A DNA stretch of 64,000 nucleotides, taken from the NCBI GenBank assembly GCA_964566405.1, contig CAZMIN010000001.1, forward strand, positions 1,755-65,754. Direction: 5' to 3'. Shown here piece by piece: positions 54,786 to 63,007 of the stretch (position 1 is the stretch's first letter; every line of letters starts with the position of its first letter). Source of the stretch: Candidatus Woesearchaeota archaeon. Its GTDB lineage: Archaea; Nanobdellota; Nanobdellia; Pacearchaeales; GW2011-AR1. The notes beneath the pieces are model-generated. The model ran no database searches, had not been told where the DNA came from, and saw only the letters and a list, made by a program, of their open reading frames with translations. The translations under genes and the position numbers were made by a program.

Positions 54786-57257
54786 TTACTCTAAATAAAT
54801 CGCAGGCTTTCCTGGTTTTGCCTTTCTAGATTTATTATCAGGATCATAACTCTTCTTATCGTTCACAGCATATACCTCTATATCAAGACCTGTTCTTTTT
54901 TCTATCTCTCCTGTATGTTCCAGATAATTATCCTTCTCATTAGGTATAACATAAATCATGGCTTTCTTTGGCTTTGTCTTAACAATTCTAAGAATATTGT
55001 TTATATCTCCTATTAGTTTATCTATTTCCTCTTCTTGTTTTTCTAACTTCTCATCAATCTTGTTCTCATCAGCAATAGGCCAATTCTCTAAGCTAAGGAA
55101 TTTCTTGTTTCCAAGTTTTTCCCAAAGCTCTTCTGTAACAAAAGGGCAATAAATGTGCAAGATTTTCAAAAACGATTCGGCATCCTTCTTGGATATTTTT
55201 TCAGATGAGAAACTATTGAATAATTCCCTAATTTCAATCACAGCCATATTGTATTTGAAATCTTCAACATAAAATGTAACTTTTTTAATAGTAGAGTTTA
55301 TCTTGCTCTCTATTCTTGGATTTGTCTTTCCTTGTTTGAACTTAGCAAAATAATCATAAACTTTTTTCAAAAATCTTAAACTTCCTTCAATTCCTTTTTC
55401 ACTCCACGCGAAACTCTTCTCCGGAGAAGAGTTAGAAACAAGATAAAGCCTAAGAGAATCAGCACCATATTTTTTGATGGTATCTTGAGGTTCGACTACA
55501 TTTCCTTTTGACTTAGACATTTTTTCCCCGTCGCTGCCATGAACAATTCCTTGTGTAAAATATTTTAACGCAGGCTCATCAAATTTCAATAACCCTATAT
55601 CCCTCAGGAATTTTGCATAAAATCTTGCATAAAGAAGGTGACATGTTATATGTTCTGGCCCTCCGATATATTGATCAATCGGTGCCCAGTAGTTCGCCTT
55701 CTTAGGATCAAATATTTTTTTATTGTTTTTAGGATCTGTATATCTCAAATAATACCAAGAAGAATTTGCAAAAGTGTCCATAGTATCTGTCTCCCTCCTA
55801 GCATTTCCCTTACAGCTAGGACATTTAACTTCTAGGAATTTTTTATTTGTTGCCAAAGGATTTCCCTTTCCAAATTTGACATTTTGAGGCAATTTCACAG
55901 GAAGATCTTTTTCAGAAACAGGAACAATGCCGCATTTATCACAGTATACAACAGGAATAGGTGTGCCCCAATATCTCTGACGAGAAATTAACCAATCCCT
56001 TAGTTTAAACTGAACAGTTTTTCTTCCAGTTTTCTTGCTTTTAAGATACTTTGATATTTTCTCTATTGCTTTCTTGCTTTCCATACCATTAAACTCTTCG
56101 GAATTTACAACGGTTCCTTCCCCCTCATAAGCCCTCGGCAACTTTCCCCCACGAGAATAAATCAAATAATCTTTGGGTTCAACGACAACCCTCATAGGAA
56201 TGTTATACTTCGTTGCAAATTGAAAATCTCTCTGGTCGTGAGCAGGGACTGCCATCACCATGCCACTTCCATAATCAGCAACAACAAAGTTTCCAGCATA
56301 AACAGGGACTTTCTCTCCATTAATAGGATTTACTGCATAACTCCCTGTAAAAACTCCTTCTTTCTCAAGTTCTTCTAAATTCTTTCCACTAACTGATTTT
56401 ATTTTCTTAAGAAATTTTTCAGTTTCCTTTTTTTGTTCTTCAGTCACAATTTCCATAAGTCGGGGATGTTGTGCAGAAATCACCATAAAAGTAACACCAT
56501 AAATAGTATCGGGTCTCGTTGTAAAAATAGGCCATTTTTTTCCTTCAATTTCAAAATCAATTTCTGTTCCATAACTCTTTCCTATCCAGTTCTTCTGCAT
56601 TGTTTTAGCTCTCTGTGGCCAGTCCATCTTATTCAAATTTTCTAACAACTCATCAGCATATTTGGTAATCTTAAGAAACCATTGCTCTAGATGTTTAATT
56701 TCTACTTCTGTACTCTCGTGTCTCCAACAACAACCATTGACCACTTGCTCATTAGCCAACACTGTTTTACATTTAGAACACCAGTTTACCGGAGCTTTTT
56801 TTCTATAAGCAATTCCTTTTTCCAACATTTTTAAGAAAATCCATTGGTCCCATTTATAAAAACTGGGATCGCTAGATTTAATCATCCTAGACCAATCATA
56901 ACTCCACCCCATCGCTTTTTGTTGTTTCATAAAATTAGCTAGAGATTTCTTAGTATATTTTTCAGGATGAATCTTTGCTTGAATTGCCGCATTTTCAGCA
57001 GGCAAACCAAGACTGTCGTAGCCAACTGGATAAAGAACGTTAAATCCACCCAATCTTTTAAACCGAGCATATATGTCTCCTAAAGAAAAAACAAATGCAT
57101 GTCCTATGTGCAAACCTTCTCCTGAAGGATAAGGAAACATGTCCAAAACATAAAATTTCTTTTTCTTGCTCTCCTTAACATTAAAAATTTTAGCCTTTTC
57201 CCACTTTCTCTGCCATTTTTCCTCAATCTTCTTAAAATTATAAATAGTCTTTATCAT
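54786..57257 (-). CDS. leuS: Leucyl-tRNA synthetase, bacterial-type
   Basis: MFPYPSGEGLHIGHA, NWCSKCKTVLANEQVVNGCCWRHESTEVE, QKNWIGKSYGTEIDF (bacterial NWIGRSEG block), KMSKSKGNVV; 823 aa. Confidence 0.9.
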   Translation of the reverse strand: MIKTIYNFKKIEEKWQRKWEKAKIFNVKESKKKKFYVLDMFPYPSGEGLHIGHAFVFSLGDIYARFKRLGGFNVLYPVGYDSLGLPAENAAIQAKIHPEKYTKKSLANFMKQQKAMGWSYDWSRMIKSSDPSFYKWDQWIFLKMLEKGIAYRKKAPVNWCSKCKTVLANEQVVNGCCWRHESTEVEIKHLEQWFLKITKYADELLENLNKMDWPQRAKTMQKNWIGKSYGTEIDFEIEGKKWPIFTTRPDTIYGVTFMVISAQHPRLMEIVTEEQKKETEKFLKKIKSVSGKNLEELEKEGVFTGSYAVNPINGEKVPVYAGNFVVADYGSGMVMAVPAHDQRDFQFATKYNIPMRVVVEPKDYLIYSRGGKLPRAYEGEGTVVNSEEFNGMESKKAIEKISKYLKSKKTGRKTVQFKLRDWLISRQRYWGTPIPVVYCDKCGIVPVSEKDLPVKLPQNVKFGKGNPLATNKKFLEVKCPSCKGNARRETDTMDTFANSSWYYLRYTDPKNNKKIFDPKKANYWAPIDQYIGGPEHITCHLLYARFYAKFLRDIGLLKFDEPALKYFTQGIVHGSDGEKMSKSKGNVVEPQDTIKKYGADSLRLYLVSNSSPEKSFAWSEKGIEGSLRFLKKVYDYFAKFKQGKTNPRIESKINSTIKKVTFYVEDFKYNMAVIEIRELFNSFSSEKISKKDAESFLKILHIYCPFVTEELWEKLGNKKFLSLENWPIADENKIDEKLEKQEEEIDKLIGDINNILRIVKTKPKKAMIYVIPNEKDNYLEHTGEIEKRTGLDIEVYAVNDKKSYDPDNKSRKAKPGKPAIYLE

Positions 57258-57311
57258 AATAATACAGAACAGCTTAGCAACTTTTAAATATTATCATTAG
57301 TTCTAGAAGTT

Positions 57312-57830
57312 ATGGAAAAAATTAAGTCTTACCTTATCGGTGAAAATGTTTCGAGTAATTCTACCGAAGCGTTTTCTCTCTACAAAAAGAGTTCTTTCGG
57401 AGAACCAACAGGAGAAAAAATCCAGTATACACTTTCAGAAGCATTATTCTTAGTGGAAAAAGGAAAAATGGATATATTCTCGAGGGAGAAGAAGATACCT
57501 AAAAAAGATTTGATTGGAAAAATTCATAGGATAGATAAAAGAATTCAGATAAAATACTCTGTATTCAAAGATCTTAGAGAAAGAGGTTATATTGTAAAAA
57601 CCGCATTAAAATTCGGAGCAGATTTTAGAGTCTATGATAAAGGTATTAAACCCGGAAAAAAACACGCAAAATGGATAGTCTTCGCAGATCATGAATCCAA
57701 AAGATTAACATGGCATGAATTCTCTGCAAAGAACAGGGTTGCACACTCTACAAAGAAAAATCTTCTCCTAGCCATCGTCGATGGAGAAAACGACGTGACT
57801 TACTACGAGATAAGTTGGATTAGGCCTTAA
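57312..57830 (+). CDS. endA: tRNA-splicing endonuclease EndA (homotetramer-type, 172 aa)
   Basis: Catalytic-domain signature ...RERGYIVKTALKFGADFRVYDKG...KHAKWIV... with conserved Tyr/His/Lys positions. Confidence 0.8.
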   Translation: MEKIKSYLIGENVSSNSTEAFSLYKKSSFGEPTGEKIQYTLSEALFLVEKGKMDIFSREKKIPKKDLIGKIHRIDKRIQIKYSVFKDLRERGYIVKTALKFGADFRVYDKGIKPGKKHAKWIVFADHESKRLTWHEFSAKNRVAHSTKKNLLLAIVDGENDVTYYEISWIRP

Positions 57831-57870
57831 CCACAAGAAAATTTATAATCTATATCTTTCTCTATCATTC

Positions 57871-58701
57871 ATGGTTCAAGATACATCTATAATAAAGGGA
57901 AAAATAATAGATATTTTAAAAAGAAGAGGACCTAGTCTCCCTGTTCATATAGCGAAAGAAATTGAATCTAACACACTCTTTGCATCTGCCTTCTTATCAG
58001 AACTTATCTCTGAAAAAAGAGTCAAGCTAAGCAACATGAGGGTTGGGAGCTCCCCCATATATTACATTCTAGGACAAGAACCCTTGCTAGAAAGATTTTC
58101 TCAACACCTAAAAAGTAGAGAAAGAGATGCTTTTGCTCTACTAAAAGAGAAAAAATTCTTAAAAGATTCTAATCAGGAACCTGCAATCCGTATAGCGTTA
58201 AGAGAGATTAAAGATTTTGCAATTCCCTTTAGACAAGACGAAGAGATAATCTGGAGATATTTCACAACCCCTGAAACAGAATTTAAAATAAAAGAAAGAC
58301 CAAGAATAATTGAAAAAGAAAAAGTTCCTGAAGAAAAGCCCCTTGGTATTTTTGGAGAAAAAGAAAAGCCAAAAAGAATCAAAAAGAAAAAAATGCAGAG
58401 AGAAAATAAATTCTTCTCCAATGTAAAAGAATTTTTATCAGGAAGGTCCATAGAAACACTAGATATCTTAAACTTCAACAAAAACGAATTGATGTTAAAG
58501 ATAAGAGATAAGGGAAACGATAAAATCCTTATTTCTTACAATAAGAAAAGGGTGAGTGAATTAGATATAGTAAAAGCTGCAAAAAAAGCCTTAGAATATA
58601 ATCTGCCTTATATGATTCTCAGCCTCGGAGAACCCTTGAAAAAAACCAATGCTCTAATTGATGCATTAAAAAAACTAGATTCTATTGAAAAATTAAAATA
58701 A
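57871..58701 (+). CDS. Winged-helix-containing protein, hypothetical
   Basis: N-terminal wH-like region and a K/E-rich linker; no confident family. Confidence 0.4.
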   Translation: MVQDTSIIKGKIIDILKRRGPSLPVHIAKEIESNTLFASAFLSELISEKRVKLSNMRVGSSPIYYILGQEPLLERFSQHLKSRERDAFALLKEKKFLKDSNQEPAIRIALREIKDFAIPFRQDEEIIWRYFTTPETEFKIKERPRIIEKEKVPEEKPLGIFGEKEKPKRIKKKKMQRENKFFSNVKEFLSGRSIETLDILNFNKNELMLKIRDKGNDKILISYNKKRVSELDIVKAAKKALEYNLPYMILSLGEPLKKTNALIDALKKLDSIEKLK

Positions 58702-58702
58702 A

Positions 58703-59515
58703 ATGGATTCTAAAATAAAGGAAGAGGGGCTGAAGAACTTTGCTCTATCGGTCATGGAATACCTTGAATATAAGGAGGAGATAGAATATTTACTTTCAAA
58801 ACTTAATCTGACAAAAGAAGAAGTAATTCAGGCTTACATAAATTATGATATGGATGTTTTTGCCTATGAAAATGAGATTTATGAGTCATTAGCAATGAGA
58901 ATGGTTCTTCATTTACATTACTTATTAAAAGGAAGTTGGCATCAAGACAGACAGAAAGAAATCCTAAAAATTATTGTAAGAATAAATCCAGAATCTATAG
59001 TCGATATGGGTTTTGGCACACCAACAAGATACATAAGAGAATATGTTTTAAAAGAAAAAAAGAAACTTGTTCTTGTTGATTTATACGAATCTGCATTTAG
59101 ATTTAGTAAAGTCCTATTAGATTATCTAGCTTCTTCTTGGAAAGAGATAATTTCCTTTAAAAAAATAGATATGAATACCCATGAGTATCCAGGAGATTTT
59201 GATGCTTATCTTTTTCAGGATTCAATTGAACATGTTGAAAACTCCGGGGATTACTTATTAAAAATTGTTAAAAAATCTCCTTTAAACTCTCGATTTATTC
59301 TCTCTCTTCCCATAGGGCCCAAAGTACCTGCACACACAATTTCTTGGGACACTGATGAAGAAGCAATTAATTGGTTAAAAGAATGTGGGTTAAAAGTGAT
59401 TGATTCAAAGAGGGTTTTTATTAATCCAAATGTTGATTTATTTGCAGACCAGCTAGATGGAAAGCTCCATAATTTAGTTGTGGACTGCTCAAAACTTAAC
59501 AATAACAACTTTTAA
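58703..59515 (+). CDS. Hypothetical protein, possible Rossmann/methyltransferase-like
   Basis: IVDMGFGTPTRY resembles SAM motif I; the call is weak. Confidence 0.4.
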   Translation: MDSKIKEEGLKNFALSVMEYLEYKEEIEYLLSKLNLTKEEVIQAYINYDMDVFAYENEIYESLAMRMVLHLHYLLKGSWHQDRQKEILKIIVRINPESIVDMGFGTPTRYIREYVLKEKKKLVLVDLYESAFRFSKVLLDYLASSWKEIISFKKIDMNTHEYPGDFDAYLFQDSIEHVENSGDYLLKIVKKSPLNSRFILSLPIGPKVPAHTISWDTDEEAINWLKECGLKVIDSKRVFINPNVDLFADQLDGKLHNLVVDCSKLNNNNF

Positions 59516-59539
59516 AAACTCTCAAGGAAGAATTTTAAT

Positions 59540-59719
59540 ATGGGAAAGATAAAATCAAAGATGGTAAAGAGATCTACAGAAGAAATGATGAAAAAAGGTG
59601 TCAAATTCACAGGAAATTTCAAAGATGATAAGAAAATCCTCGGAAGAACCATGCCTAGCAAGAAAATAAGAAATCAAATTTCAGGATATCTTGCCAGAAT
59701 AAAAAAGAAAAAACAATAA
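59540..59719 (+). CDS. rps17e: 30S ribosomal protein S17e (59 aa); below the ORF track cutoff
   Basis: MGKIKSKMVKRSTEEMMKK...MPSKKIRNQISGYLARIKKKKQ aligns with S17e (MGRVRTKTVKK...[21 protein letters not shown]). Confidence 0.8.
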   Translation: MGKIKSKMVKRSTEEMMKKGVKFTGNFKDDKKILGRTMPSKKIRNQISGYLARIKKKKQ

Positions 59720-59721
59720 AT

Positions 59722-59949
59722 TTATCTCTTTTTCTTAGTTTTTACCAACGCTTTTTTAATGGCGTCTAAATCCTCAATAACCTTATCTATTTTTTTATTT
59801 CTATTCCTGTTTATGATAGCATTAATAACATTAAAAATAATATAGAATATAATAAACCACCCTGCAGCCTGGAGTACTGTGATTAAAAATTCAAGCTTGC
59901 CAACTAATTCTTGAGGGATTGTATTCGCCAAACTTTCAAGCATAAACAT
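59722..59949 (-). CDS. Small membrane protein, hypothetical
   Basis: 75 aa, a single TM and a K-rich tail. Confidence 0.35.
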   Translation of the reverse strand: MFMLESLANTIPQELVGKLEFLITVLQAAGWFIIFYIIFNVINAIINRNRNKKIDKVIEDLDAIKKALVKTKKKR

Positions 59950-59999
59950 AACAGGAGAATCAAAAGAAAGTTTTTAAAGCATTCTTTTTTACTAGTCTT

Positions 60000-60143
60000 G
60001 TCTCTGTAGCTCAGGGTTTAGAGCGCTGCTCTCATGGGTGTGAATTTTAATTTGCGCACATTGACGGAATCTCTGATTCCCGTCTATGAGTTGAAATCTG
60101 CTGAGAAAGGCAGAGGTCGGGGGTTAAAATCCCCCCAGAGACA
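60000..60143 (+). tRNA. tRNA-Met/CAU-anticodon tRNA (elongator Met or Ile2) with a 71-nt intron at 37/38 (60037..60107)
   Basis: Exons: acceptor GTCTCTG/CAGAGAC, D-arm GCTC-AGGGTTTA-GAGC, anticodon stem CTGCT/GGCAG, loop CTCATG|A, T-arm GGGGG-TTAAAAT-CCCCC, discriminator A. The intron junctions form a bulge-helix-bulge: the 4-bp CUCA/UGAG helix is flanked by 3-nt bulges holding the splice sites. G1-C72 makes it not an initiator. A TTTTTAAAG box lies ~25 nt upstream. Confidence 0.8.
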
Positions 60144-60202
60144 TTTCTTTTATCTCGTTCCACCATAACAATCTTTTTTAACCCATAAAAAATTAAAAAT
60201 AA

Positions 60203-60583
60203 ATGATTGACTGGTTAGAAAAAAACAGGGGAATATCAATACTCTTAGCAGCATTAATCGCTATAGAAATCTTTGTTTTCTCTTCCCTCCCAGGAGGTCC
60301 CTCGGGAATAGGGGGTGGGATGAAAATCTCTATAATATATCACCTCATAGTATTCTTCTTGTTCGGTTTTTTTTTCTTAATGTCCATAAAAGGTGATAAA
60401 GAAATTAAAACAGGTTATATAGTAACAACCTTAATCATATCAGTACTCTATGCTTTCCTTGATGAATTTCACCAAACCTTTGTACCTTTCAGAAATCCTT
60501 CGATACAAGACATATTAACAGACACTGCCGGAATATTTTTGTCAACAATATTGATCCTATATCTTAACAAGAAGAAATTTTAA
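60203..60583 (+). CDS. VanZ-family membrane protein
   Basis: 4 TM with the conserved LDEFHQTFVPFRNPSIQDILTDTAG block. Confidence 0.7.
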   Translation: MIDWLEKNRGISILLAALIAIEIFVFSSLPGGPSGIGGGMKISIIYHLIVFFLFGFFFLMSIKGDKEIKTGYIVTTLIISVLYAFLDEFHQTFVPFRNPSIQDILTDTAGIFLSTILILYLNKKKF

Positions 60584-60927
60584 ACTAATGTTTTAATCCC
60601 ATCACCATCTTTTCTAGGAATTATATGAAAGTGTATGTGTTTTACAACTTGATCTGCAGATTCAAAATTATTATTTATAACATTAAAACCACTGGCATTT
60701 TTTTCTTTCATTAACTTAATAGCTGTATTCTTAATGCAATCCAAAAGTTCAGAACCTAATGAAGAATCGAAATCTAATATGTTTTCAAAATGTTTTTTTG
60801 AAATTACTAGGCTGTGTCCATCAACAATAGGGGTTCTATCTGCGACTGAAAAAAAATTCTCGTTTTCATAAATTTTATTAGAAGGAACATCCCCTTTGGT
60901 TATCTTACAAAATATACAGTCTTTCAT
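60580..60927 (-). CDS. HIT-family (histidine triad) hydrolase
   Basis: N-terminal CIFCKI and the triad HIHFHIIPR. Confidence 0.8.
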   Translation of the reverse strand: MKDCIFCKITKGDVPSNKIYENENFFSVADRTPIVDGHSLVISKKHFENILDFDSSLGSELLDCIKNTAIKLMKEKNASGFNVINNNFESADQVVKHIHFHIIPRKDGDGIKTLV

Positions 60928-60991
60928 TCTCTATTTTTAGAAACCAAAGGTTAAAAATTATAAAAGAAATAAAACAAATTAAATTTCAAAC

Positions 60992-61195
60992 CTACCTTTT
61001 CTTCTTTCTAGCTGACTTCTTAGCTGACTTCTTAGCTGAAGCTTTTCTCTTCACTACCTTTCTTGCAGATTTCCTAGCTGACTTCTTAGCTGAAGCTTTT
61101 CTTGTTGCTGTTTTTCTAGCTGACTTCCTAGATGATTTTCTAGCAGCAGTAGCCTTTTTTGTCTTCTTAACTTTTTTTCTAGCCATTTTTTTCAC
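60992..61195 (-). CDS. Highly basic Lys/Ala/Ser-repeat protein (histone H1/HC-like)
   Basis: 67 aa, ~45% K+R, with repeated SARK/SAKK units. The DNA carries internal direct repeats (GCTGACTTCTTAGCTGA). Confidence 0.5.
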   Translation of the reverse strand: MKKMARKKVKKTKKATAARKSSRKSARKTATRKASAKKSARKSARKVVKRKASAKKSAKKSARKKKR

Positions 61196-61305
61196 CCCTA
61201 ATTTTTAATTACATATATGAAGAATTAATTATTTAAAAAACTTTGCTTAGCAAAAATTTTACCTAAAAATCATGATTTTTCATTTTACCAACGATAAAAA
61301 AAGAA

Positions 61306-62952
61306 TTAACGAATTAATTTTCCTGCTTTTTCGAATTCTGTAGTTCCTCCAATTAAATCCCTTAAAATATTTCTAAGTTCTGAAATTTTTACCCTAATTT
61401 GTTTTTTTGTATCCCTATTTCTAATCGTAACATTTTTCTTTTTTATACTCTCTTCATCAATTGTTATACAAAAAGGTGTTCCTATCTCATCATTTCTAGC
61501 ATATCTTCTCCCAATGCTTCCAGACCTATCATGAATAACATTCCATTCTTGTTTTAAATCAGCAACGACCTCTTCAGAAATCTGTTCAAACTTCTCTTTT
61601 TTCACAATAGGAAAAACTGCTGCTTTTATCGGAGCAAGTTTTGGATGTAATTTCAGGACAACATTTTCTCTTTCAGCATCATAAAAATAAGAATCAAACA
61701 TAAATACGAGGAAAGCTCTTTCCACACCCAAGCTCGGTTCACAAATCACAACAGGAGAAATTTTTTCTTTTGTTTTTTCATCAAAAAGCTTCAGATCTTT
61801 TCCAGAGGATTTTTCATGTTGATTCAGATCATAATTTCCTCTGTCTGCGATTCCTTCCAATTCTTTCCATCCAAAAGGAAATTTATATTCCAGATCCCAA
61901 GTGTCTGAAGAATAATGTGAAATTTCTTCTGAAAGATGTTGTCTTATTCTTAAGTTATCTGGGTTCGCCCCTAATTTTTTAAACCACAAAAATTCCATAG
62001 CAAGCCAATATGCGTGCCAGTCTTTCCTTATTATTCCTTGTTTCAAAGCATCTTTTATCTTCATTTCTACAGGTTCTTTTCCAGATTTTTGTGCTTCTGC
62101 AGAATAAACAAGAACTTTTTCATTTGGAATCTTGTAAGGACAGGACTCGTTTTTCCTTATGAAATATTCTATCTCCATCTGTTCAAATTCCCTGCTTCTG
62201 AACAAAAAATCCCTCGGAGCAATTTCATTTCTAAAGGCTTTTCCTACCTGGGCAATACCAAACGGAAGGCTCATCCTAGCATTATCCTGGACAGACTTGA
62301 AATTAGTAAAAATCAATTGTGCGGTCTCTGGTCTAAGATAAGCTTTTACAGAGTCGCTAACAACAGGTCCCACATTTGTGGTGAACATGGGATTGAACTC
62401 ATCCTTAACTTCATAGCCGGGATTTTTTGAATATTTCTCAGCTTCAAACTTATCTACCTTAAATTTTTCCTTGGTTTTTTTGTTCATAACTTCAACGTCG
62501 ACAAAGCTATCCAGATGTCCAGAAGCCTTCCATACCTGTGGATGGGTAATTATAGAACCATCAATCCCTACAATGTCTTCTCTCTGCCTCACATGGAAAT
62601 CCCACCAAGCGTTTTTTATATTATTTTTTAGCTCTACACCTAAATGTCCGAAATCCCAGAAACCAGCCAAACCACCATAGATATCCCCTGACTGGTAAAC
62701 AAAACCCTTTCTCTTACAAAAGACAGCCAAATCTTCTATAGACAACCTCTTAGGCTGTTCTTTAGCCTTAGAAACAATTCTCTTAACCTCTTTAGGCTTA
62801 TGGAGAATAGCCTTAGCCCTCTGCTCAGCCCCTCTCCTAGTCTTTCCAAGATATGCAAGGGTCTTTGTCTTTACTTTTCCATCTACCCTCTTGTTCTCAT
62901 TTAGATAATAATATTCTCTGTTGTGAATCTTTTTCTTAACGATAAATGCCAT
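61306..62952 (-). CDS. glyS: Glycyl-tRNA synthetase (archaeal/eukaryotic alpha2-type) with a ~70-aa K-rich N-terminal extension
   Basis: GDIYGGLAGFWDFGHLG, class II motifs, and a C-terminal anticodon-binding domain. Confidence 0.85.
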   Translation of the reverse strand: MAFIVKKKIHNREYYYLNENKRVDGKVKTKTLAYLGKTRRGAEQRAKAILHKPKEVKRIVSKAKEQPKRLSIEDLAVFCKRKGFVYQSGDIYGGLAGFWDFGHLGVELKNNIKNAWWDFHVRQREDIVGIDGSIITHPQVWKASGHLDSFVDVEVMNKKTKEKFKVDKFEAEKYSKNPGYEVKDEFNPMFTTNVGPVVSDSVKAYLRPETAQLIFTNFKSVQDNARMSLPFGIAQVGKAFRNEIAPRDFLFRSREFEQMEIEYFIRKNESCPYKIPNEKVLVYSAEAQKSGKEPVEMKIKDALKQGIIRKDWHAYWLAMEFLWFKKLGANPDNLRIRQHLSEEISHYSSDTWDLEYKFPFGWKELEGIADRGNYDLNQHEKSSGKDLKLFDEKTKEKISPVVICEPSLGVERAFLVFMFDSYFYDAERENVVLKLHPKLAPIKAAVFPIVKKEKFEQISEEVVADLKQEWNVIHDRSGSIGRRYARNDEIGTPFCITIDEESIKKKNVTIRNRDTKKQIRVKISELRNILRDLIGGTTEFEKAGKLIR

Positions 62953-63007
62953 TTTATTTATTAGGCACTACAGAGAACTATTTAAATGTTTAGTAGGCAC
63001 TACACCC

